IMG/VR virus record: IMGVR_UViG_3300017917_003766
Span: 1-64,000 of that record
Length of the DNA: 64,000 nt
Origin: a virus
Strand: one strand, 5' to 3'
Every line of letters begins with the position of its first letter. Position 1 is the first letter of the stretch. Positions 1 through 9,167 of the stretch are shown one piece after another. The notes under the pieces are model-generated. The model did not search any database and was not told the origin of the DNA. It was given only the letters and a program-made list of their open reading frames with translations. The translations under genes and the position numbers were made by a program.

Positions 1-786
1 AGTGGTATTGTTTAATCTTACTAATACACCAGTAGTCGGTCCAGGACCTTCAAATTGTTCAGTAGTTTCAGTCCCTGATCCAGCTGCAGGAATTGTTGTA
101 GTAGTAGTGGTAGTAGTTGTTGTGGTTGTTGTAGGAGCGGTGGTCGTTGTTGTTGTAGGTGGATTATTTATTTCATATGAACTAACACCAATACACGGCT
201 GATATCCGCCACCTGCACCAGTACACTGACCCCACCCAAGAGAGGATGTCCAGTTGGCGTTTGTCGTAAACTCTGTATTAGATAAAAGCTCAACACCATC
301 TAATTTTAAACTAGCCGATTCAACCTGCGTACCGTAATTTCCTGCCCAGAATTCACCATCTTGCCCAGTAATTGAAATTCTTGCAGACTGCACTTGATTC
401 CAAGCAGATTCGCCAACACCGGATTTAGTTACTGAAATACTGTAGTCAGCAAAAGTTGAACTTGTAAGTGACATTTGTCCAGTATCGTGAGAATAAATTA
501 AACCACCACCAGCACCATAGAGTTGAATCCCTACAGTTAATTTATCGTCGGAAACTTTCCAGTCTTGGACTTCAGCGGCACTGACTGTAGCAGATAAAGT
601 ACTGCCAGAAGAAATTAAGCTAGCAACATTTACCTCTTGATAAACGGTAGCTTGCTGCCAAGAAAATACAAGTTTGCTTCCATCAGCTGCTTTGGCCTGA
701 TTTATACTAACGCTGAGCAGCGAACTAAAAGCAAGAGCTATTGAAGGCAGTAGGGCAAACCATCCCTTACGCAGCTTAAAAAGCAT
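1..786 (-). CDS. Secreted/surface protein with FBA-like carbohydrate-binding domain and Thr-rich linker (runs off the window)
   Basis: Not in ORF track. ATG at 786, signal-peptide-like MLFKLRKGWFALLPSIALAFSS, motif GQDGEFWAGNYG, poly-Thr tract; open to position 1. Confidence 0.7.
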   Translation of the reverse strand, partial: MLFKLRKGWFALLPSIALAFSSLLSVSINQAKAADGSKLVFSWQQATVYQEVNVASLISSGSTLSATVSAAEVQDWKVSDDKLTVGIQLYGAGGGLIYSHDTGQMSLTSSTFADYSISVTKSGVGESAWNQVQSARISITGQDGEFWAGNYGTQVESASLKLDGVELLSNTEFTTNANWTSSLGWGQCTGAGGGYQPCIGVSSYEINNPPTTTTTTAPTTTTTTTTTTTTTIPAAGSGTETTEQFEGPGPTTGVLVRLNNTT

Positions 787-837
787 ATCCTTAACATTTC
801 CCCCGAATTGCTAGAACGCTTTTATAGTAATAGCAAA

Positions 838-874
838 ATGGGGTAAAGTGTATCTAGATTACACCTTACCCCAT
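838..874 (-). terminator. Intrinsic terminator-like hairpin
   Basis: ATGGGGTAAGGTGTA...TACACTTTACCCCAT stem followed by a short T-run on the minus strand. Confidence 0.6.
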
Positions 875-971
875 CTCGTAGCTCAGGACTTTCGTCCTAC
901 TGGCCTCCGTGATATATAGTATACCACAGAGATCAGGCATCTGACTTCGTACTACATAGTATAGCACAAAA

Positions 972-1596
972 CTAGAAAGTATTTTGTGTTTTAATTATTT
1001 TTCCAGGAACTCCAACTACTGTACTTCCATTTTGGATGTCGTTTATCACAACTGTACCAGCGCCAAGTATGCAATCACTACCAATAGTTTTCACATTTAT
1101 CACAACTGCACCAGCGCCAATAGAAGTTGCTTCTCCAACTGAAACATCTCCACATATTCTCACTCCAGGACTTAATGTACAGTAATCGGCGATATTACTT
1201 GATTGATTTACCGAAACTAAACTATTTATATGCACGTGTCTTCCTAAGGTTACTTTTGTAGTGAGAGCAGAATATGGCCCCATCGTAAGTCCATTTCCAT
1301 AAGAACACTCTGATCCAATGATTGCTGTTTCGTGTACAAGGTTGGCTGCATTTTGTGGGCTTCCCAATTTAAGATCTATTGTTTGTCTTATCTTTGAAGA
1401 ATTAATAGCTATTGTATATTGTATATCGCATGTGCTATTTATTTTTGGGAAAAGATCAATTGGACCAATAACACCATCAAGATCTGGATTATCATCTAAA
1501 TAACCAATTACATTCCATTTAGTATACTTATCGTATTGAGATAAATATACTAAATCTTTTGCATGACCACCAGCTCCGAATTATAAGCAAATCCAC
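972..1596 (-). CDS. NeuD/PglD-family sugar acetyltransferase, 207 aa, +1 shift at CGG 1578-1576
   Basis: GTG 1596; ATT C-GGA GCT GGT GGT CAT GCA restores IIGAGGHA; hexapeptide repeats; C-terminal VVGVPGK. Confidence 0.9.
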
Positions 1597-1598
1597 AG

Positions 1599-2255
1599 TT
1601 ATAGAAACCAACCCTCTGACCTTCTGCCGCCTATGTGGGTTACCAATGGTGGATCATATATATTACCAATAAAACCAAATTGATATTCTTTATTTATCGA
1701 GTGTACTTTTGATGTGAACTCAGATTCCCCACCATGATCTGGCCAACCAATCTTAGTAGTTTCTATTGGGTAGATACACGGATTCAAAGTAAAAAGTCTC
1801 TTGTGCTCAAACCAACCATCTTGCTGCTTGTAGTCTTGTAAGTTTTGAAAAACGAATCCACCAACTTGCTCCTCTGGTGGGTTAACCGAGGCTCGCACCA
1901 TTGCCATCTGCACAAGGTATTTATTTTCTTTAAGTATTTTTATAATGTTATCAATATCAATTGACTTATTAAATAAAAAATCATCTTCTAAATGAAATAT
2001 AAATTCACAATCATGCTGCACAGAAAACCATGCAGACTGAACAGCTCCAGCCAAACCTCTTCTTTGTTCGTGAGAAACTATTTTAAATGCTGGAAAAGCA
2101 TTTACAAGAAAGCTGTGATACCTTGTGTCGCCAGAATCATTTACTATAATTTTTTCTAAAAAAGTATAGGATACCACTTCCTCAAATCTTTGAATGGTTT
2201 TTTGTATGCAGTCTTGTCTTCCGTCGGTTATTATGACTAGAGATATTTTATTCAT
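1599..2255 (-). CDS. Glycosyltransferase family 2
   Basis: LVIITDGR, IVNDS and FHLEDD motifs. Confidence 0.8.
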   Translation of the reverse strand: MNKISLVIITDGRQDCIQKTIQRFEEVVSYTFLEKIIVNDSGDTRYHSFLVNAFPAFKIVSHEQRRGLAGAVQSAWFSVQHDCEFIFHLEDDFLFNKSIDIDNIIKILKENKYLVQMAMVRASVNPPEEQVGGFVFQNLQDYKQQDGWFEHKRLFTLNPCIYPIETTKIGWPDHGGESEFTSKVHSINKEYQFGFIGNIYDPPLVTHIGGRRSEGWFL

Positions 2256-3132
2256 GCACGATCTCTTTTATTGGAGCAGGATCTTTTATTAGCGACCCTG
2301 TGTTTCCTTTGACTAAAATATTTTGATAATAAAATTCATGCAGCCCGCTAACTCCTTCTGTCTCATAAATTTTAAAATGCTGCTCCCAAGCCGCACCATT
2401 GTATAGATCAGCTCCTGGCCCCAGGGCTTTGCATGACTCGTACGCATTCAATACTTTTTTCATAAAATGATCTAAAGATCTCCATTGAAAATGTCTAATT
2501 TGAACTGTTTGCGGACCAAAAATAACTTTATCATGACCATAATCATCAATAGCTGTTTTAACTCCAGAACCAATATCCCAACCATTGTGTTGAACAAAAT
2601 GATTGCCATTTGAAATTCTAACAAAACTATCTGAAGATCTAAATCTAAATGCACTTTTATGATTAGTCGGTAAGTTCCATTTCCAAATCATTGAATGAAA
2701 CGGAGACTTCTCTATCGGATCAAACTCAGTTATTGAGTGATTAGTATATAGGGCTTTATAAATATCATAACCTTGATTATCTAAATCGACAAAAGCCTGC
2801 TTTAAAGTTGAGTTAGGAGAATACCAAATTTCATCTATATCAAAAGGTATAATCCATTGAGCTCCATTTTCTCTAGCCATCTGTGCTAGAGAGGTCATCT
2901 TTTGCGACTGAGTATACGCTAATATATCATCATACAGCAAAATTACTTTTACATCTGGATGTGTTTTATTTATTTTTTCTTTTGCTAGTTCCATTTTATC
3001 TTGCGTATTATCTTTTGATAAATTGTTTGCAATAATTAGACCGTCAACGCCATTTGCTACAAGATGGCACATGGTATGATCTATGATGTCTCCCTCATCT
3101 TTGGCCATAGCCACTGCCCACAGATTAATCAT
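2248..3132 (-). CDS. Glycosyltransferase family 2 (Glyco_tranf_2_4-like)
   Basis: Likely start MINLWAVAMAKDEGD; NLSKDNT; WIIPFDIDE. Confidence 0.8.
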   Translation of the reverse strand: MINLWAVAMAKDEGDIIDHTMCHLVANGVDGLIIANNLSKDNTQDKMELAKEKINKTHPDVKVILLYDDILAYTQSQKMTSLAQMARENGAQWIIPFDIDEIWYSPNSTLKQAFVDLDNQGYDIYKALYTNHSITEFDPIEKSPFHSMIWKWNLPTNHKSAFRFRSSDSFVRISNGNHFVQHNGWDIGSGVKTAIDDYGHDKVIFGPQTVQIRHFQWRSLDHFMKKVLNAYESCKALGPGADLYNGAAWEQHFKIYETEGVSGLHEFYYQNILVKGNTGSLIKDPAPIKEIVHE

Positions 3133-3844
3133 TTTTAATACCTCCATCTGGATTAAGATTATTCGCAATATTCCACTGGACCGACTTCTCTCTGTATACT
3201 TTTGCCTGAAGAGGCTGATCATAATCTATTGGGTAAAATAAATATCCCCTTTTTTCTAGTCGATTAAAAAAATGTGCATCTGCTCCAGACCAACACCATG
3301 GTGAATCATCCCATCCATCTACTCTTTCAAAGGCATTGCGTGTAAACATAACCTGATTATGATCAAGCTTATCTGCGCCACGAGTAAGCACCTCGTTAAA
3401 GAATCTAACACCAGCGCCATTAATTCCACCGCCGTCTACATTTCCATTTTCGTCTACAACATGCTGAGCACAAAAGCAGACGTCTACATTTTGTGAATCT
3501 GCAAAACGCACCATCTTATCCAGCATTTCGGGATAGTAGTAATCGTCATCTGCTAAACATAATATATACTTACCAGTTGAAAAGTCTCTAACTGCGGTAT
3601 TTATTTGGGTTGCATACCTAGCTGTTTCTAGTCTACTTTTTTGTTCAACATATGAATTAAAGTATTTGACCTTGGGATAATTTTGGTAGCTGGAAATTAC
3701 TTCAAAAACTTTTGGATCATCAGAATTATCATCTGCAATAATCAGTTCATAATCTTGATATGTTTGAGTTAAAACAGATTCTATTGCTTTTTTCAAAAAT
3801 AAAGGCTTGTTATAGCTTGTTATGACAATCGAAACGATGGACAT
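3125..3844 (-). CDS. Glycosyltransferase family 2
   Basis: VSIVITSYN, ELIIADDNS, LADDD. Confidence 0.9.
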   Translation of the reverse strand: MSIVSIVITSYNKPLFLKKAIESVLTQTYQDYELIIADDNSDDPKVFEVISSYQNYPKVKYFNSYVEQKSRLETARYATQINTAVRDFSTGKYILCLADDDYYYPEMLDKMVRFADSQNVDVCFCAQHVVDENGNVDGGGINGAGVRFFNEVLTRGADKLDHNQVMFTRNAFERVDGWDDSPWCWSGADAHFFNRLEKRGYLFYPIDYDQPLQAKVYREKSVQWNIANNLNPDGGIKND

Positions 3845-4624
3845 TTACTGTTCCAATTCAAAAGTAGTTGTAATCATATGTTTATTTATTTCTTTACTCG
3901 GAGGAAGTTTTTTTGAAACTAACATTCTTTGAACCCATCTATCGGTTCCATCATATCTTGGTTGGAATGGTTTACGCCCATGTATAGTTTTATTATTATC
4001 GATAACTAAAAGATCTCCTGTTTGAAGAACGACTTCTTTTATGCATTTACTTATAGCTTCTCCTAATTTATCTAAAGCCATGCTAGCCAATATATTTTTT
4101 GGCCTCATTAGGTCTTGATCAAAAACAAAATTATATTCATCTTCTTTTATCTTTTTTAGAATAGACAAAGTTACTTCTTTGTATTTTTTATTTGGGGATC
4201 TAAAGCTTTGGTCTATTCCAGTAACGTAGGCGTAGTCTTGTAGATATATAATCATTTCTTTGTCCAACAACTTAATAATATCTTCTACGTTTGCATACGT
4301 AGTTACGGCAGATGGATCTCCCCTTAAGCAGAGAAGCATAACATAATCTGGTTTATAAGGATGAAACGCTGTCTCTGTATGTAAGGCTAAATTTACCTTT
4401 GAGGATGTTGATATTTGATCATACTCTGTTTTGTGAACAGGAAGTATGTTTTGTATAAGAGCACCATTTTGTTCTTGAATAAAACTAATTGGATGACCAA
4501 GTAGCTCGGCATAACTTAAAAGAGTATTTTTAGCTGTATCCAAAAGAGGACTATCAAAATACGGCTGTGCAGGAGTGGATGGTATTTGACCTATCTCAAC
4601 ATTTGTATACAAAGTTACAGCCAT
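3845..4624 (-). CDS. TauD/clavaminate-synthase-like Fe(II)/2OG dioxygenase
   Basis: LHTE metal motif; GDLLVIDN-x3-HGR; DRWVQR. Confidence 0.85.
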   Translation of the reverse strand: MAVTLYTNVEIGQIPSTPAQPYFDSPLLDTAKNTLLSYAELLGHPISFIQEQNGALIQNILPVHKTEYDQISTSSKVNLALHTETAFHPYKPDYVMLLCLRGDPSAVTTYANVEDIIKLLDKEMIIYLQDYAYVTGIDQSFRSPNKKYKEVTLSILKKIKEDEYNFVFDQDLMRPKNILASMALDKLGEAISKCIKEVVLQTGDLLVIDNNKTIHGRKPFQPRYDGTDRWVQRMLVSKKLPPSKEINKHMITTTFELEQ

Positions 4625-4632
4625 ACACTATC

Positions 4633-4641
4633 ATTATATCA
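4633..4641 (-). promoter_or_regulatory. Extended -10 promoter, near-leaderless
   Basis: TGaTATAAT 8 nt before ATG 4624. Confidence 0.5.
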
Positions 4642-4651
4642 GATAGCGGAA

Positions 4652-4858
4652 TTAGATAAGTGTTTTTAATATTAAAAAATATAACTTCTGCATGTGTTCT
4701 GGCTGAATACTAAATACATATTCTTTGTCTACAGTTTTTATTGTAACACAATGAACATTGATTAGATCGCCATTTGAAGTGATCGATGCAGTAGGCTTAG
4801 ATATTATTATATCTGTTATGGCTGGCATGAAGCCATCAAAAACTCCATCAGTAGTCAT
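4652..4858 (-). CDS. Hypothetical protein
   Basis: ORF tiling with neighbours. Confidence 0.6.
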   Translation of the reverse strand: MTTDGVFDGFMPAITDIIISKPTASITSNGDLINVHCVTIKTVDKEYVFSIQPEHMQKLYFLILKTLI

Positions 4859-4870
4859 AAATATTTTTAT

Positions 4871-5155
4871 TTATTTATTTTTTCTTTTTTTCTTAAAGGT
4901 ACTGACGTTTTTGGGAGCCTGACCCTTAACGCCTTTCTTTGCCGATCCTTGCGCTCGTTTTCTTTGAACAGCGCTCTTCCTTTGCGTAGCTGACATAGAC
5001 TTAGCTTTTGACACCGGCACACATTTTGCATATCCAGATCCACCGACACCAGAAGTTCCGCAGGGTTGAAACTTGCCCTTCTTCTTTGGAGCGCCTATGT
5101 TAACCCAACGTTGGTTAAACCATTTGGTTAAACCAACACCTTTTGGGCCAGCCAT
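4871..5155 (-). CDS. Small basic phage protein
   Basis: GLTKWFNQRWVNI...KCVP, Lys-rich. Confidence 0.7.
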   Translation of the reverse strand: MAGPKGVGLTKWFNQRWVNIGAPKKKGKFQPCGTSGVGGSGYAKCVPVSKAKSMSATQRKSAVQRKRAQGSAKKGVKGQAPKNVSTFKKKRKNK

Positions 5156-5337
5156 TACTTTTTCTTTCTTTTAGCCCTCTTAGTCGAAACAGTTCTCCAG
5201 CCACCACCCATTGATTTATACTTCTTCACTGCCCATGCATTCGCATATGCAGAAGGGTATACGTCAAACTTAGCTCTTGCTTGCGATTTAGCCGAAGACC
5301 ACAGCGCTGGTTTAGTCGGTTTATTAACTTTCGCCAT
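5155..5337 (-). CDS. Small basic phage protein
   Basis: KFDVYPSAYANAWAVKKYKSMGGGW. Confidence 0.7.
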   Translation of the reverse strand: MAKVNKPTKPALWSSAKSQARAKFDVYPSAYANAWAVKKYKSMGGGWRTVSTKRAKRKKK

Positions 5338-5339
5338 GA

Positions 5340-5549
5340 CTACTTCTTTTTTCTTTTCTTGCTAATCTTTTTTAGAGTCTTAGCAAGATTGGCTTGACGA
5401 ACAGTTGTTGCACTGTATCTATCTGGATTCTTTGTTACTGCAGCGGCCATACCAGAAACAGATTTACCAGCTTTCTTAGCCTTCTTTGTAAAGGCTCCTG
5501 GTCTTTTAATTGCTTTTTGAATCCACTTCTTATCTTTTTTTGCTGCCAT
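5340..5549 (-). CDS. Small basic phage protein
   Basis: KWIQKAIKRPGA...RQANLAKTLKK. Confidence 0.7.
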   Translation of the reverse strand: MAAKKDKKWIQKAIKRPGAFTKKAKKAGKSVSGMAAAVTKNPDRYSATTVRQANLAKTLKKISKKRKKK

Positions 5550-5832
5550 TTTTCTTTTCCTTTTTGTCTTTTACTTTTTCACCAGTCTTAAACTTTTTAT
5601 CATCTAGATCAAAGCCACCAAATTTTTCATTTGCATGATCTTCCAAGTGATCGTCAAGCTTTACCTCTATGTGCATAACGTCTTCGTCAATATTGAATAA
5701 TACTTGTTCAATCTGATCAAGTTTATCAGCAACTACACCATGATCTCTGGCGTTTTCTTTTCTGCCTCTTTCAACGAGAACTACCAACACAGAACCAACA
5801 ACACCTATGAGAGCAACGATGATCGCTTCCAT
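5530..5832 (-). CDS. Membrane protein, putative holin
   Basis: N-terminal TM helix plus coiled coil, immediately downstream of endolysin. Confidence 0.55.
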   Translation of the reverse strand: MEAIIVALIGVVGSVLVVLVERGRKENARDHGVVADKLDQIEQVLFNIDEDVMHIEVKLDDHLEDHANEKFGGFDLDDKKFKTGEKVKDKKEKKNGSKKR

Positions 5833-5834
5833 AA

Positions 5835-6653
5835 TTACATTCCTATTCCAAGATCATCAAGAACACGTTTACCAGCTTTTGGACCATCTCCAAAACCTTT
5901 GGCTTTCTTGTATGCAACTACTGCTTCTTGTGTCTTCGTGCCGAACTGGCCATCAAATGCACCTTTATAGAAACCACGCTCAGCGAGTTCTTCTTGAAGC
6001 TTTGTCACTCTTGGGCCACTGTCACCTGGATCTAAATCACCACCGTCGTCTTTTGCGGCGGGAGCTTCATTGGTAGAAGCTGGTGCTGCAACACCTTCGG
6101 GCTTTGCAATATTATTTTTTGCCATATATTCCACTACAGCTGCTGGTGGATTATCGCCTTCGGTATAGCGCAAGTGCCATGGTTCTTCTGGAACAACTTC
6201 CCAAGAAAAACCAAACTTGCGAACATTGGCAATAAGCCACTTCAAACGCTTTGGTTCTCCAGCAGAGTGGACATCGACAGCCAAACCAGTATTGTGCTGA
6301 GATGTACCAGGCGCAGCTAAGCTAGCAAGCTTGGGATCTTTTTTATACCACTTCTTGCCTTCAAAAGTGCGAGTAGCATTTGCGTTGGGTTCTGTTGTGT
6401 AGCGCTGTTTAAACGCTGTAAGCTGCGATTCATATGTGCGGTATGTGTCACCAACAGATACTGGTTTTAGCTCTAAGCCTTCAGACTTTGCCGCCTCAAC
6501 CATTGCGCCCCACGCAGCAGCGCAAAGCCAATGTAATTTGCCGCCACCAGCGGCTGGACGCAGTAATGATTCAGGAAGCTTTCCTGGCTGCACACCCTTA
6601 AGGTCTGCTGGCTGTTTTACTGGTACTACGATATCCCACTCTACTTTTGACAT
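5835..6653 (-). CDS. Endolysin: M15/VanY-like peptidase plus peptidoglycan-binding domain
   Basis: YRTYESQ, PGTSQHNTGLAVD, EPWH; C-terminal VTKLQEEL...DGQFGTKTQEAV. Confidence 0.85.
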   Translation of the reverse strand: MSKVEWDIVVPVKQPADLKGVQPGKLPESLLRPAAGGGKLHWLCAAAWGAMVEAAKSEGLELKPVSVGDTYRTYESQLTAFKQRYTTEPNANATRTFEGKKWYKKDPKLASLAAPGTSQHNTGLAVDVHSAGEPKRLKWLIANVRKFGFSWEVVPEEPWHLRYTEGDNPPAAVVEYMAKNNIAKPEGVAAPASTNEAPAAKDDGGDLDPGDSGPRVTKLQEELAERGFYKGAFDGQFGTKTQEAVVAYKKAKGFGDGPKAGKRVLDDLGIGM

Positions 6654-6662
6654 TTAACGCTC

Positions 6663-6827
6663 CTATTTTTTTCTTTTTCTTTTAGCTGTAGATATTGCTA
6701 TTGCTATTGCTTGTTTTCTGGATTTAACTACTGGTCCACCTTTTCCAGAATGTAGAGTACCTCTTCCAAATTCATCCATAACTTTCGTTATTTTCTTTTG
6801 GTAAGCTGTTTTCTTTTTCTTAGCCAT
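6663..6827 (-). CDS. Small basic protein (54 aa)
   Basis: MAKKKKTAYQKKITKVMDEFGRGTLHSGKGGPVVKSRKQAIAIA; below ORF-track cutoff. Confidence 0.7.
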   Translation of the reverse strand: MAKKKKTAYQKKITKVMDEFGRGTLHSGKGGPVVKSRKQAIAIAISTAKRKRKK

Positions 6828-6844
6828 GATGGACCAGTGTGTTA

Positions 6845-6982
6845 CTACTTCTTCTTTTTCTTTTTAGCTATAGCTGCCTTGATAAAGGGGGGAAGCTTCT
6901 GCTGTGCTGGAGTAAGACCAGACATCTTGCCACCCTTTTTTGCTGGAGCTTTCTTTGCTGGTGCCTTCTTTTTCATTGCCAC
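6845..6982 (-). CDS. Small basic protein
   Basis: KKKAPAKKAPAKKGG...QQKLPPFIKAAI. Confidence 0.6.
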   Translation of the reverse strand: MAMKKKAPAKKAPAKKGGKMSGLTPAQQKLPPFIKAAIAKKKKKK

Positions 6983-6984
6983 GA

Positions 6985-7098
6985 TCAGTAGCCCATCTTC
7001 TTTTTGCTTGAAGACTTCATCTTCTTACCACCCATTTTTTTGGCTGGCTTCATCTTCTTGCCCATCATCTTTTTATCATCTTTCATTTTTTTCATCAT
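6985..7098 (-). CDS. Met/Lys-rich 37-aa peptide
   Basis: GGAG SD; MMKKMKDDKKMMGKKMKPAKKMGG. Confidence 0.6.
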   Translation of the reverse strand: MMKKMKDDKKMMGKKMKPAKKMGGKKMKSSSKKKMGY

Positions 7099-7110
7099 AA
7101 TAATTTCTCC

Positions 7111-7242
7111 TTATTTTGTCTTTTTATTTTTTTTCTTTTTTGGTTTTATTTCTTCTTCTTGTTGAACTGACACTTCTTGAACAGGCTCCTGCTTTTTAGG
7201 CTCATCCTGAATTGGTGTATTTGTCTTTACATATTTAGACAT
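7111..7242 (-). CDS. Small charged protein (43 aa)
   Basis: Tiles between neighbouring genes. Confidence 0.55.
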   Translation of the reverse strand: MSKYVKTNTPIQDEPKKQEPVQEVSVQQEEEIKPKKKKNKKTK

Positions 7243-7246
7243 ACAA

Positions 7247-7522
7247 TTACCACTTAACTCTATTTGCCCAATACGCTGCAGACATCACACCCTTGCTTAT
7301 ATTTTTTGCATGGCGTGCTTTGAATGACTCACGACGTTTTCTATAAGAAGCTGATTCGCCTTTCTTTTTTGGTGAACCAGATACGCCTTGTTGGCCAAAT
7401 CTTATGAGCTTAACCTGTGACCCACTTTTTGCTAGCACAGCATGGCTTTTAGTTGGATGGCTGGGGGTACGCTTTGGCTTATTATAGCCAGCAAACGTTT
7501 CCCTACCTCTTTTTATTGCCAT
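7247..7522 (-). CDS. Small basic phage protein
   Basis: GYNKPKRTPSHPTKSHAVLA...IRFGQQG...SFKARH...AAYWA. Confidence 0.75.
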   Translation of the reverse strand: MAIKRGRETFAGYNKPKRTPSHPTKSHAVLAKSGSQVKLIRFGQQGVSGSPKKKGESASYRKRRESFKARHAKNISKGVMSAAYWANRVKW

Positions 7523-7643
7523 TTACTTTTCTACCTTTTTTTCTTTTAGATCTAGTCTTTTTATTTGCCAGCTCAATACCGCTATTTGTATTGTTAGTCC
7601 CCATACGAGGACCGCTGATATAGATCTTTCCCTTAAATACCAT
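7503..7643 (-). CDS. Small basic protein (46 aa)
   Basis: MVFKGKIYISGPRMGTNN with Lys-rich tail. Confidence 0.5.
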   Translation of the reverse strand: MVFKGKIYISGPRMGTNNTNSGIELANKKTRSKRKKGRKVNGNKKR

Positions 7644-7705
7644 AGCCTATCTATTAGGCCTTGGAACTTTATCCTTAGAAGACTTTCTTGCTTTTGCAAG
7701 GGACA

Positions 7706-7963
7706 TTACGCTGAAGGGTTGTTCTTTTTTGTAGTCTTTTTTGCAGCTGGTTTCTTTGCTGCTTTTTTGACTGAAGCGACTGCTGTGTCTACAGCTTTTT
7801 CAGCTGTCTTTGCTACCTCTGCAGCGGCGGCGTCAGCTGCCTTTTTTGCAGAAGCGGCAACATCTTGCGCAGCTTTTTGTGCTGCGTCGGCGACGGCCGA
7901 TTTAAGAACGACAACCTCAGGTTTCCCTAGTAGCTTTTTAAGTGATGATAATAGTTTTTTCAT
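7706..7963 (-). CDS. Ala/Lys-rich histone H1-like protein
   Basis: AKKAA/KKPAAKK repeats; AGAGG SD. Confidence 0.65.
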   Translation of the reverse strand: MKKLLSSLKKLLGKPEVVVLKSAVADAAQKAAQDVAASAKKAADAAAAEVAKTAEKAVDTAVASVKKAAKKPAAKKTTKKNNPSA

Positions 7964-8029
7964 GTTTTTACCTCTTTATTTTAAATTGAGTATGTTTATA
8001 TAGTATCGCTTATATTGATAAAATACAAA

Positions 8030-8347
8030 TTATCGACCCTGCTGTGACTCTTTAATTAGATTATATCTTTCTGCTGTTTCTCTAGATGCCAGAGCAAAAG
8101 TTTGAGCAGCTGCCTCTTTTACTATGGTTGAAAATGCATCCGTGTTTTTAGGATCAGCGCCTTCTAGTGGAACCGTTAGGCAGACCATAACATCTACGTT
8201 TTCAAAATTTCCAGTATTAATTTTTCTTCCTACAGCTACTGTCATAACAGGCTCCGCTTTAACCAAAACTTTTTGATGCGAAGCAATAACTGCATCAAGT
8301 GTTGGGGAAACGGACTGTTCAATTGCGCTCTCTGTAATCTTTGGCAT
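8030..8347 (-). CDS. Hypothetical protein
   Basis: GGAG SD; RKINTGNFENVD. Confidence 0.7.
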   Translation of the reverse strand: MPKITESAIEQSVSPTLDAVIASHQKVLVKAEPVMTVAVGRKINTGNFENVDVMVCLTVPLEGADPKNTDAFSTIVKEAAAQTFALASRETAERYNLIKESQQGR

Positions 8348-8348
8348 T

Positions 8349-9152
8349 TTATACTCCTATTGTTTCAAGTTGATTGGTAATCAATTTTAGCGTATTTATG
8401 GCCTGCTCTTCAAGTGTCATATTATCTGTTTTCATGACATGAGTCGCCCTTTGCTTAATAAGGTCAATTTGTTTTTCAGAATGATGATTGAGCTGTTCCT
8501 CGGAAAGAGGCTTTCCATCTCTTTTCAATATTCTATCGTTTAAGGTTTCATCTTCCGCATCAAAGACAATCAGCACGCCGTTTGGCTGCTTTAATATCCC
8601 TTCTGCTTCGTTTTCAAATCTAACATCTGAAATGATTACTGCATATGGATTTACAATATCGTTTTCTTTAAGAGAATTTCTATAAGATCTATACATTTTT
8701 GCTGACTTCATTATTGCCCAATCGGAAAAACAGGACTGCCTGTGCTCTCTACATAAATCACCTGTTTTTTGTAAAAATGTTCTTGGCTTTATACCTTCTG
8801 GTTCAATATACATTTTTTCGATTTCGTTCACCATGTTTACGAGTACTTCATACGGTGGGACAAAACCTATCGGACTACCACCATAAAGATCATAAAGAAC
8901 ATCATGTATGGCAAAAAGTTTTCTAGATCTTTCATTGATTCCCTTAATATTTTTTTTGATAGATGCAAGTTCGTATAACGGCAACGCATAAAATATATGC
9001 TGCCAGATAATTGATTCTGGAGAATTATCCAACGAACCCGCATAAACAGAACCCTTAGGGCATATGCTTTCTGCAACAGATGTTTTTCCACTACCAGCTC
9101 TTCCAGCTAAACCAACTATTATTGGATGATTTTCTTTGTATGTTTTAATCAT
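8349..9152 (-). CDS. Deoxynucleoside monophosphate kinase
   Basis: GLAGRAGSGKT P-loop; RTFLQKTG; ISDVRFENE; HHSE. Confidence 0.85.
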   Translation of the reverse strand: MIKTYKENHPIIVGLAGRAGSGKTSVAESICPKGSVYAGSLDNSPESIIWQHIFYALPLYELASIKKNIKGINERSRKLFAIHDVLYDLYGGSPIGFVPPYEVLVNMVNEIEKMYIEPEGIKPRTFLQKTGDLCREHRQSCFSDWAIMKSAKMYRSYRNSLKENDIVNPYAVIISDVRFENEAEGILKQPNGVLIVFDAEDETLNDRILKRDGKPLSEEQLNHHSEKQIDLIKQRATHVMKTDNMTLEEQAINTLKLITNQLETIGV

Positions 9153-9167
9153 GATTTATTAAGTATA

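Noticed and set aside
870-960. tRNA or hammerhead ribozyme
   Set aside because: No cloverleaf or T-loop and no CUGANGA core. I saw no tRNA, rRNA or CRISPR array anywhere in the window.
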